Both the position numbers and the translations under genes were made by a program. This document shows positions 38,882 to 47,600 of a stretch of 64,000 nt of DNA, piece by piece. Below the pieces are notes generated by a model. The model was not told where the DNA came from and did no database searches. It worked only from the letters and a program-made list of their open reading frames with translations. The stretch spans positions 83,379 through 147,378 of the forward strand of contig CAAGHI010000063.1 in assembly GCA_900769645.1 (NCBI GenBank). The letters are read 5' to 3'. Source of the stretch: Candidatus Gastranaerophilales bacterium (GTDB lineage Bacteria > Cyanobacteriota > Vampirovibrionia > Gastranaerophilales > Gastranaerophilaceae). Numbering within the stretch: position 1 is the first letter of the stretch; each line of letters opens with the position of its first letter.

Positions 38882-39060
38882 ATCCTTTCAAAATCTAAGA
38901 CGTAAATGTTTGGTGAGAGTTCCTTTTTTCAAAAAGAAAATCGGCATGTGTGATGGTTTGAGTTTTTAAAAGTGTAAGATGTACGTTAATTGGTTTAACG
39001 TCTAGTTTTGCATGCCGCTTTTCTTGGAAAAAATAGCCTAAGCGGTTGCTATTTCACTGT

Positions 39061-39349
39061 ATAGTGAATATAGACTCCGGATCATAGTCCGGAGGTGCTA
39101 CGCACGTAGTCCTCTGTGACAACGTTGGTTCATGCTTCATACATTGGTGTAAAGCACTTACGCACGTAGTCCTCTGTGACAACATTGGTTCATACTTCAT
39201 ACATTGGTGTAAAGCTCTTATACGAACGTAGCCCTCAGTGATAAAGCAGCTAGGAAGTGAGGTAGCTAAGTGTGAGTCGTCATTCTGAAAGCTTAGAAAA
39301 TTATTTTGAACGATTAGTGAAAAATAAATTTTCTTGCTATTCAGAATCT
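39061..39349 (+). repeat. Composite family-1 repeat: module A, a 61-bp module-B unit tandemly repeated ~2.3 times (39098-39230), and module C (39279-39349)
   Basis: Two nearly identical consecutive 61-mers that differ at 3-4 positions. Confidence 0.7.
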
Positions 39350-39480
39350 ATTGCTGAATACGCTAGACTTTAGTGCATAATCCGAAGTGATGTTTACGTG
39401 GAAGTTGGGTTCGCTAAATAGTATCTACTTCAGATGCGTTGATTGGGGATACTTGCTCAATATCATTACATGTTTAAAAA

Positions 39481-40788
39481 TTATGCCAAAATGCCTTCAA
39501 TCGTTTCAATTGAACGTTTTGCCATTAGCTCTGCTTTGAGTTTTTTATTTTTACGCTCTTTTTTCGGAAGTTCTATTGGGTCTACAATTCCCCAATTTGA
39601 ATTTATCGGTTGGAATTTTTCGTGATTTTCATCGCTTATGTATTGTGTAAGTGCACCGAGAACTGTCTCTTTTGGAAGAGTTAAAAGTTTTTCATTATTC
39701 AATAATTTAGCCATGTTAATTCCTGCAAGCATGCCCGTTGCGATAGATTCTGTGTAACCTTCTGTTCCTGTAAGTTGCCCTGCAAAGAATAAATTTGCTC
39801 TTTCGCGTGATTGTAATGTCGGATTAAGCACTTTTGGTGAGTTTATAAATGTGTTTCTGTGCATTACGCCGTATCTGACTATGTTCACATTTTCAAGCCC
39901 CGGAATTGATTGTAGCAACTCTTTTTGAGCTCCCCATTTCAGATTTGTTTGGAAGCCTACAAGGTTGTAGAGAGTTTTGGCAGAATTGTCTTGGCGTAAT
40001 TGAACGACTGCGTAATTCTTTTCGCCTGTGCGTTTGTCGATTAGCCCAACCGGTTTCATAGGACCAAATCTGAGTGTATCAACTCCACGAGATGCCAAAA
40101 CTTCAATCGGTAAACAGCTTTCGAAAAATTTAGCGTTTTTTTCAAACTCTTTTAGTTCGATTTTTGGCGCATTAATCAGGATATTGTAGAAGTTTTCATA
40201 CTCTTCTTTGTTCATAGGACAATTGATGTATGAGGCTTCTCCCTTGTCGTAGCGACTTGCAAAGAAGGCTTTGTCAAAATTTATACTGTCTTTTTCAACG
40301 ATTGGAGCAATCGCATCAAAAAAGTGTAGGTGTTCGCTTTTCGTGAATTCTTTAATTGAATTTGCAAGACTTTCTGATGTCAAAGGTCCAGATGCCACAA
40401 TCGTGTAACCGTCAGGAATTTCAGTGATTTCTTCTTTTATGATATTGATATTTTTGTCGTTATTAATTTTATCTGTTACGGTTTGCGAAAATAATTCTCT
40501 GTCGATTGCCAAGGCGCTTCCGGCAGGAACAGCACATTCCCTTGCGATTTTGATAAGTTCTCCGCCCAAAAGTTCCATTTCTTTTTTCAAAAGTCCTGAT
40601 GCGTTAGAGCAATCTGCGGCTCCTAGGCTATTTGAGCAGACAAATTCTGCAAATTTTTCGGTTTTGTGAGCGCCGGTTGTTTTTTCAGGGCGCATTTCAT
40701 ATAAATTTACTTTAATTCCTCTTTTAGAAAGCTGTAAAGCAGCTTCTGAGCCTGCTAATCCGGCTCCGATTATGTTTACTGTATCCAT
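39481..40788 (-). CDS. trmFO: Methylenetetrahydrofolate--tRNA-(uracil-5-)-methyltransferase TrmFO
   Basis: NIIGAGLAGSEAA FAD-binding N-terminus; 435 aa. Confidence 0.85.
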   Translation of the reverse strand: MDTVNIIGAGLAGSEAALQLSKRGIKVNLYEMRPEKTTGAHKTEKFAEFVCSNSLGAADCSNASGLLKKEMELLGGELIKIARECAVPAGSALAIDRELFSQTVTDKINNDKNINIIKEEITEIPDGYTIVASGPLTSESLANSIKEFTKSEHLHFFDAIAPIVEKDSINFDKAFFASRYDKGEASYINCPMNKEEYENFYNILINAPKIELKEFEKNAKFFESCLPIEVLASRGVDTLRFGPMKPVGLIDKRTGEKNYAVVQLRQDNSAKTLYNLVGFQTNLKWGAQKELLQSIPGLENVNIVRYGVMHRNTFINSPKVLNPTLQSRERANLFFAGQLTGTEGYTESIATGMLAGINMAKLLNNEKLLTLPKETVLGALTQYISDENHEKFQPINSNWGIVDPIELPKKERKNKKLKAELMAKRSIETIEGILA

Positions 40789-41035
40789 AATTCAAGATTA
40801 ACCCAGATAAAAAAGAGTGTCAAATCGTTGAAAAGCTTCAATTGTTAAGATTTGTGAAGATAAATGTTATATTTGTAGTAAATGACTTGCAAAAAACTCA
40901 AAAATTAAGTATAATAAATACACTTAATACATTTATGCCTTAATTTTTCTTAAAATTTTTATAGAAAATAGCAATAAGTGTAGATTATAGGTTTTATAAA
41001 TATGTGTGTAGTCATGGAAATTTTAAAGTAGGGAC

Positions 41036-43000
41036 ATGTCGATAAAAGCAATAAATACAGCAATTAGTGCTCCTCAGCACAATAAACTTAATGAGAAAAA
41101 ACAACAACATCAGCAATCGTTCACAGGTAGTTTTAACCCAATAGTTACATTGATGGACGGAATTGAAAAGGGTGGCTTTGCTGCGTCTTTTATTGCTCAA
41201 GATGGTATTGGTATGGTTGCGCCAAGAATTGGCGAAGGTTTAAACCGTAACAGAAAAGTTGACGAAAACGGCAAAAAGACTGGCCCTTTGAACTGGGAAT
41301 TTGCTCGTAGAGAAGGTATTCGTGAAGTTCTTAGTGGACCTAGTGCGTTTTTAATTCCACTTGGAATTTTGACTGTTTTGAAGAAAACATCAGGGACTGC
41401 GAATAATGTTCATGTAGATCATATCAACGTTTTAGGACAAAACTTTGCAGAATATGCAAGTGCTCACCCTGAACAAATAGCAGATGCAACAGCATTCAAA
41501 AAAGGTTATTACGCTCAAATTTTTGAAAATGCCCTTCATCATTCAACTGATAAAGGTTTGAAAGAAGATGCTTTGAAACAAACTGCACAGTCATTTGCAG
41601 ATAGATTAGTTGAAGCTGAAACTAAACGTGCAAACAAAGATAAAAAAGCTGCGAATAAGCTTATTGGCGGAATTGTAGAAGATTATATGAAGCTTCGCAA
41701 ACAATATGCTTCTCCTTCTGCAAACGAATTTGGCGCTGTAATCGATATCCCAGGGAAAGATAAAAAACTTGGTACAAATATTAAGACACTTATCCAAAGT
41801 TTGACTGATTATTCCGGAGATGCGTTGCATAAGGTTAATAAAAAGCTAGCAAAAGAGGCTGGCGCTGATGTTAAGACTCTTGTTGAAAGCTTCAATCTTC
41901 ACAGAGCCGGAACTCGTGTTCTTGCAAACTTGGGTATGTGGTCAGCTGTTGTAGGTTTCTATACTCTAATTCCAAAACTTTACAATATGGGCTTGAAACA
42001 GGATCCGGGGCTTAAAGGTCTTGTTGAAGAGGAAGAAGTTGAATCAGTTGCAAAACAAATTGAAAACAACGAAAATGGAAAAGACAAAAAAGATGTTTCG
42101 TTCGGCGGTGCCGGTGGAACTATTTCAAAAATTGGTGATACTGCAATAAAAGAAGGCGGTATTGGCAAATTGTTGAAAAATTTTGAGTTCACTGGTGCAT
42201 CTATGTCCGTTCCGGCAATGTTGACATTGTTGTTTGGCTTCTGCTTCCCTCCTAGATATATCAATGCTAAGAGTGATGAAGAAAGAAAAGAAATCGGTGT
42301 TCGTGACCTTACAAGTTTCACTGCAATCTTGTTTGGTGCAAAAGCTTTATCAAGAGGTTTTTCAGATGCATTTGCAAGAATGTCTGGTTTAGCATTGAAT
42401 ATTAAACCGGAAGATCATAACAAAGGTTTCTTGCACAAGGTTAAAAACTACGTGACAGCAGGTGCCGGAATTGATGTATTGTCAAGCGATCAAATTGTTT
42501 CAAAATATAGTAATATTCAAGATTATAAAGACGGAATCAATGGCTTCTTCACATTCTTGGAAGAAAACGGAGGAAATCCGAAAAAAGTTTTGAGTATGGA
42601 TAAAGATGTAAAAGCACAAGCTGAAGAAATTATGAAGAAATTCAGCTCTAAATCTTTGAAAGAGGCAACTTTAGATGAGCTTCATGAAGCATTCAGAAAA
42701 GCCAAAGGTTCTGAGATGTTAGAAAAGATTTATACAGCTTTTGCAACTAAAGATAACAAATTTATTAACAGAGCAAAAACTTTGAATAGTGCATTTGGTT
42801 TTGCATCTACATTGGTACTTGTTCCTGCGTTTATGATGTGGCTTGCTCGTTACTGTGAAAATATGACGAAAAAAGCTATTGCGCAAAAGAAAAATGCAGC
42901 TCAACCAAAAGTAGATGTCGCTCAAAACCAACAGCCGCAACAAGTTAAACCAGTTATTACTTCAAATACACCAACAATGGCAGGTTTTTTGAATAAATAA
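41036..43000 (+). CDS. Hypothetical membrane-associated protein, 654 aa
   Basis: ~4 hydrophobic helices; no recognisable catalytic motif. Confidence 0.45.
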   Translation: MSIKAINTAISAPQHNKLNEKKQQHQQSFTGSFNPIVTLMDGIEKGGFAASFIAQDGIGMVAPRIGEGLNRNRKVDENGKKTGPLNWEFARREGIREVLSGPSAFLIPLGILTVLKKTSGTANNVHVDHINVLGQNFAEYASAHPEQIADATAFKKGYYAQIFENALHHSTDKGLKEDALKQTAQSFADRLVEAETKRANKDKKAANKLIGGIVEDYMKLRKQYASPSANEFGAVIDIPGKDKKLGTNIKTLIQSLTDYSGDALHKVNKKLAKEAGADVKTLVESFNLHRAGTRVLANLGMWSAVVGFYTLIPKLYNMGLKQDPGLKGLVEEEEVESVAKQIENNENGKDKKDVSFGGAGGTISKIGDTAIKEGGIGKLLKNFEFTGASMSVPAMLTLLFGFCFPPRYINAKSDEERKEIGVRDLTSFTAILFGAKALSRGFSDAFARMSGLALNIKPEDHNKGFLHKVKNYVTAGAGIDVLSSDQIVSKYSNIQDYKDGINGFFTFLEENGGNPKKVLSMDKDVKAQAEEIMKKFSSKSLKEATLDELHEAFRKAKGSEMLEKIYTAFATKDNKFINRAKTLNSAFGFASTLVLVPAFMMWLARYCENMTKKAIAQKKNAAQPKVDVAQNQQPQQVKPVITSNTPTMAGFLNK

Positions 43001-43073
43001 TTTTCAATATAAATAATTAAAAAATCGTGTTCTTTATCGGACACGATTTTTTTTATGCTGATTAATAGAGATG

Positions 43074-43802
43074 TTAAATTATATAAAACACAAGATTTAT
43101 CAAAAAATCCGCAACTAGCATATATATTGTAGATAGGATAGCGGCTTTGGTTGTAGATGTACCGACTTCTTTTGCACCACCTTTGGTTATGTAGCCTTGA
43201 GTTGCGCAAACTAATGAAATTAATCCACCGAAAATAATAGCTTTAAGAAGGCTTATGTAGATATCTCTGGTTGAAATCCAGAGCCACGCAGACGTCATGT
43301 ATCTTGCAGGGTGCAAGTCAATTGTTGCCTGAGAAACGAGCATTCCACCTGTAATTCCAACGAACTCCGCAAGAAGCACGACCATTGGTACAGTGATAAT
43401 TCCGGCAAGAATTCTGGGTGTGAAGTAGTAGCCGACCGGATCAACTTTAAGAGTTTTCATTGCATCAACTTGGCTTGTAACTTGCATATTTGCAATTTCT
43501 GCAGAGATTGCAGTTCCGGCACGCGCGCCGATTGCAAGAGCAACAAATCCAGGGGCGATTTCTCTAATCATAACAACTGCAATCGTTCCACCTATGTATG
43601 CCTCTGCTCCGCTCATCAAGAATTGTTTTGAAACTTGAATTGCGATAACAGCTGCAGCAATGAATGCGATTATGAGAGAAATTGGTAATGAATCATAGCT
43701 TATAGCGGCTGCTTGAGCTATGACAGATGAAAATCGTACCTGAAACAGATACTTAATGCTTTTTATTAAATTTTGAACGCACAAACCTAAAAATTCAAGC
43801 AC
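43074..43802 (-). CDS. mlaE: MlaE/TGD1-type ABC transporter permease
   Basis: Conserved MlaE fold pattern (IAPGFVALAIGARAGTAISAEIANMQVT…); 242 aa; no adjacent ATPase or MlaD. Confidence 0.75.
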   Translation of the reverse strand: MLEFLGLCVQNLIKSIKYLFQVRFSSVIAQAAAISYDSLPISLIIAFIAAAVIAIQVSKQFLMSGAEAYIGGTIAVVMIREIAPGFVALAIGARAGTAISAEIANMQVTSQVDAMKTLKVDPVGYYFTPRILAGIITVPMVVLLAEFVGITGGMLVSQATIDLHPARYMTSAWLWISTRDIYISLLKAIIFGGLISLVCATQGYITKGGAKEVGTSTTKAAILSTIYMLVADFLINLVFYII

Positions 43803-43940
43803 GATACTCTCCTTAATGCAGATTATAGCATAAAGATAGAAAGATGTTGATTTGTTATATTTTCAGGAGAAAGTTTTAATAATAAATAGCTGAAAGTTTA
43901 ATAGATAAAAGTCTAATTTCTTTTTATTTTAATTATGTAA

Positions 43941-43947
43941 AGGGGGG
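43941..43947 (+). repeat. G7 homopolymer immediately upstream of the first recombinase's promoter
   Basis: GGGGGGG ~24 nt upstream of the extended -10 TGTATAAT (43973-43980). Confidence 0.6.
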
Positions 43948-44016
43948 GAAAATTTAGAGCAGCCGAATTTTTGTATAATATAAAAAAATTGTTAAAATTT
44001 ATTAAAGAGGGAAGAA

Positions 44017-44556
44017 ATGGGAACTGTAGAACCAATAAGAAATTTAGAAGATTTAAAAAAAGTCGAAAAAATATTATCTAAAAATCCGCGCGATTTATTA
44101 CTTTTTACAATTGGGACTAATTGTGGATTAAGAGTATCTGATATTTTAGCTCTTAATGTTGAAGATGTTAGGAATAAAAATTTTATTCAACTTATAGAAA
44201 AGAAAACAGGGAAATTTAAAAAATTTCCAATTAATTCAAAATTAAAGCCAATGTTTGAAGAATTTATAAAAAATCGAAAAGATGAAGAACCATTGTTTAC
44301 CACAAAGTTTCAAAATCGCCTAGGACGTGTAACTGCCTATTATACAATCAGAGAAGCTTGTAAAATTGCGAATTTAGATGAAAAATTTGGTACACATACA
44401 ATGAGAAAAACGTTTGGGTATCATCACTATAAAAAGTTCAAAGATGTAGCTCTTCTTCAAAAAATATTTAATCATTCAAGCCCAATGGTAACCCTACGAT
44501 ATATCGGGATTGAACAAGAACAAATAAACGAAAGCTATACTAATTTTATCCTCTAA
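44017..44556 (+). CDS. Small tyrosine site-specific recombinase, catalytic domain only (FimB/FimE-like size)
   Basis: GLRVSD (Arg I), HTMRKTF (HxxR), YHHY, LRYIG (Tyr nucleophile); 179 aa. Confidence 0.7.
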   Translation: MGTVEPIRNLEDLKKVEKILSKNPRDLLLFTIGTNCGLRVSDILALNVEDVRNKNFIQLIEKKTGKFKKFPINSKLKPMFEEFIKNRKDEEPLFTTKFQNRLGRVTAYYTIREACKIANLDEKFGTHTMRKTFGYHHYKKFKDVALLQKIFNHSSPMVTLRYIGIEQEQINESYTNFIL

Positions 44557-44570
44557 TTCCAAATTTTTTT

Positions 44571-44780
44571 ATTACATTATTACAAATTTGTAGAGAAACC
44601 ATATTTATAACTATAACCCAATTATAGTACAAATATTTTATTTTTAAAACTATATTAAAATTTGTAAATACATACATTTTCTTTGATGGCAAGCGTTGCC
44701 GCTACTCTCTTCTATACAAATTTGTAAAATTGTATAGAAAAAGTTCAGTTAGTGGATAAATCGGAGAGTAGAAATAATCA
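44571..44780. promoter_or_regulatory. Palindrome-rich spacer between the tandem recombinase genes: AAATTTGTA motif three times, nested inverted repeats CTACTCTC…GAGAGTAG and TCTATACAA…TTGTATAGA
   Basis: Palindrome TACAAATTTGTA at 44581-44592; direct copies at 44659 and 44718; 8 and 9 bp inverted repeats at 44702-44770. Confidence 0.4.
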
Positions 44781-45311
44781 GTGAACGTAATTTCGCCTAT
44801 AAAAAGTATAGAAGAAATCAATTTGATAAAGGATTTGTATAAGAAAAAGCAGCAAACCCCTGAACTTGCGATGTTTACGTTGGCTATAAATACCGGTATA
44901 GATTTGTCTGAACTTTTAAATTTAAAAGTTGAAGATGTAAAAAATAAATTTTATTTGCAAATTGAACCGGAAAAATCAATTCCTTTAGACGAGGACGTAA
45001 GAAAATTAATAGCCAATCTTTCAACAGGTAAGAAAAATTCTGATTTATTGTTTAGTAATAAAAAAGGTAAAAAGGTTGATCGAACAACCGCTTTTTATTC
45101 TTTTAAAAACATTTGTTCCGAATTAGGGTTGAGTGAAAAATATTCTGTTGCATCTTGGCGCAAAACATTTGCGTATCATTACTACAAAAAATATAAGGAT
45201 TTATCGTTTCTGATGTGGTTGTTTAATCAACGTTCAACAGAGCAAGCTTTGAATTTTATTGAAGAAAAAGAAGATATGAATTTGAGATTTAAAGAAGGGG
45301 TGGCACTATAA
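44781..45311 (+). CDS. Second small tyrosine-recombinase-like protein, a degenerate paralog
   Basis: ASWRKTFAYHYY aligns with HTMRKTFGYHHY but the box II His is replaced; GTG start 14 nt after GGAG. Confidence 0.5.
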   Translation: MNVISPIKSIEEINLIKDLYKKKQQTPELAMFTLAINTGIDLSELLNLKVEDVKNKFYLQIEPEKSIPLDEDVRKLIANLSTGKKNSDLLFSNKKGKKVDRTTAFYSFKNICSELGLSEKYSVASWRKTFAYHYYKKYKDLSFLMWLFNQRSTEQALNFIEEKEDMNLRFKEGVAL

Positions 45312-47597
45312 TTGGGTACATATTTTAGAAATTCTTATAATAATATTCCAAGGATAAAGTTTTCAATAATAGTTCCTATATATAATGTTGAAAAGTATTT
45401 GCCTCAATGTCTTGATAGCATTCTCTCTCAAACGTTAAAAGATTTTGAAGTTATTTGTGTAGATGACGGCTCTACGGATAATTCTTTATTAATTTTGCAA
45501 AGTTTTGCAGAAAAAGACTTTCGTGTAAATATTATTTCGCAAAGAAATCAAGGGGTTGGGATTGCGAGAAATAATGCCTTAAAAGAAGTTAAGGGGAAAT
45601 ATTTGCTATTTGTAGATCCTGATGATTGGATAGATACAAATGCTTTAGAATTATTGTGGAATAAAGTAGAAGCTACGGAAGCGTCTGTGCTTCAATTTGA
45701 TTATGCAATATTTAAAGATGGTTCGTTAAAACAAAAAAATATATATTCTTATAAGATTGCCAAAAAATTTGGATATGATTTAAAAGAAAAAGGGTATTTT
45801 AACTGGGAAGTATTTAAGAAACGGCTGTTTCGCCAACTAGGGCTTGCAGTTTGGAATCGAGTTTATTTAACAGATTTTGTAAAAGAAAATAATATTAAGT
45901 TTGCCTCTAGTAGAATTGGCGAAGACCATATATTTACAATAAAAGCTCTAATTTTAGCTCCTAAAATTTTTTATTTGAATAAATGCCTATATCATTACAG
46001 AAAACGAAAAGCTTCTGCGACCAATATGGCTTCAGATGCAAATTTTTCTGCATTTGAAAATGTACAATTAGTTGAAAATTTTTTAAAGGAAAAAGAATTA
46101 TTTGAATGTTTAAAAGAAGAGTTTAAGGAATATAAGATAGAAAATCTTGCACACCATTATTGTTGCGTTCCACAAGATAAAATTCAAATTTATATTGATT
46201 TATGCAAAAAAATTTTGTCGCAAGATGAGTTTGCACAGTTCCAAAAGCTGGCATGTAATGTTGAATTATCGACAAAAGAAAAAATCTTTTCATTAAAAAA
46301 CAGTAAATTAAACGGCATTAAATATAAAGTTCTTACGATTTTAGGCTATTCAATAAAATTGGGTAATAATCCGAGTAAATGCGATTATAGTTCGAATAAA
46401 AATATTAAGAACAGAAGAAAAAATATTTCATTTATTGGTTTGCCGATTTATAGTATTGAAGATTTTGGAAAAGTTCGAATTCAAAAGTTCTTTGGTGGAA
46501 TTTTCCTTTCAGAAAAGTATCGTTCCGACTCAAAAGAATGTAAGATTTTTAAATTGTTGTATATTCCTTTTCTCAAAAGAGTAGTTGAAAATGATGTTTG
46601 CAAGTACTACAGTATGGGAATTTTACTTTGTCAAAAACACTTGGCGCAGAGATTTTTTGAAAAATATTTAAAGAATGTTAAATCCAATTATGATGCAGTG
46701 TACATTTTACATGCAAATAGTGGAGAAATCTTTTTATTTTTCGCATATTTATTAAAATTACATTTAAAAAAGAATAAAATCAAAGATCCTTTATTTGTCA
46801 TTACAAAAAAATATCATATTGATATTTTGAAGATGTATTACCCAGAAGCAAACTACTTATTTATAGCGAATTTGAAATTAAAGACACAGAGTAATGTATG
46901 GAAAACTCCGGATTACAGGTGTTATATCCTGTTTCCCGGTGCTTATTTTAACAAAATTGAAAAGGATATAAAAAATTATGAAATAGGAAAAGTTCACTAT
47001 TTTAATAGAATGCTTGAAGATCTAAATATTTCAAAAGAAGAGTTGCAAGAAATTCAAACGGTGCATTTGAAAAATCCGGTTGAAAAAATCCAAACTATTA
47101 CTAATAAGACAAAGTTAAATGTTGATAAGTTTGTCATTGTCGCTCCTGAAGCTATAACTTGTGAAGGATTGTCAAAAGCATTTTGGGGGAAATTGGTTGG
47201 AAGATTAAAAGATAAAAATTTCGATATTTTTCTAAACATAACAAATCCTAAGAACATAATTGAAAACACAAAATATTGTGAGTTAAGTTTTGAAGAACTG
47301 TATATTTTAGGAGAAAAAGCTCAGGGTATTATTTCGCTAAGGAGTGGGCTTTCTGAATTTTTATTGCCGACAAAGGTTCCTAATATTGCAATTTATTCAA
47401 AATTTAAAAACAGAGGGGAAGAAAATACATTTTCTGTAGAAAAAGGTATTGAAAGCTTTTCAATGCGCAAACTTCCATTTGTAAATAAAGAAAAAATCTA
47501 CGAGATTAATGCAGAGCTTTATAAAAAGGAAGATGAGCTTGTGGACAAGGTGATGGATATATTGGAAAAAGCGATAGTATTTAAGGAGGAAAAATAA
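45312..47597 (+). CDS. Family 2 glycosyltransferase with a ~500 aa C-terminal extension
   Basis: FSIIVPIYNVEKYL…VICVDDGSTDNS GT2 signature; TTG start abutting the upstream stop. Confidence 0.65.
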   Translation: MGTYFRNSYNNIPRIKFSIIVPIYNVEKYLPQCLDSILSQTLKDFEVICVDDGSTDNSLLILQSFAEKDFRVNIISQRNQGVGIARNNALKEVKGKYLLFVDPDDWIDTNALELLWNKVEATEASVLQFDYAIFKDGSLKQKNIYSYKIAKKFGYDLKEKGYFNWEVFKKRLFRQLGLAVWNRVYLTDFVKENNIKFASSRIGEDHIFTIKALILAPKIFYLNKCLYHYRKRKASATNMASDANFSAFENVQLVENFLKEKELFECLKEEFKEYKIENLAHHYCCVPQDKIQIYIDLCKKILSQDEFAQFQKLACNVELSTKEKIFSLKNSKLNGIKYKVLTILGYSIKLGNNPSKCDYSSNKNIKNRRKNISFIGLPIYSIEDFGKVRIQKFFGGIFLSEKYRSDSKECKIFKLLYIPFLKRVVENDVCKYYSMGILLCQKHLAQRFFEKYLKNVKSNYDAVYILHANSGEIFLFFAYLLKLHLKKNKIKDPLFVITKKYHIDILKMYYPEANYLFIANLKLKTQSNVWKTPDYRCYILFPGAYFNKIEKDIKNYEIGKVHYFNRMLEDLNISKEELQEIQTVHLKNPVEKIQTITNKTKLNVDKFVIVAPEAITCEGLSKAFWGKLVGRLKDKNFDIFLNITNPKNIIENTKYCELSFEELYILGEKAQGIISLRSGLSEFLLPTKVPNIAIYSKFKNRGEENTFSVEKGIESFSMRKLPFVNKEKIYEINAELYKKEDELVDKVMDILEKAIVFKEEK

Positions 47598-47600
47598 AAA

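Noticed and set aside
39098-39230. Possible CRISPR array
   Set aside because: Only ~2.3 units of 61 bp with no unique spacers between them; this is a tandem duplication, not a repeat-spacer array. No cas genes in the window.
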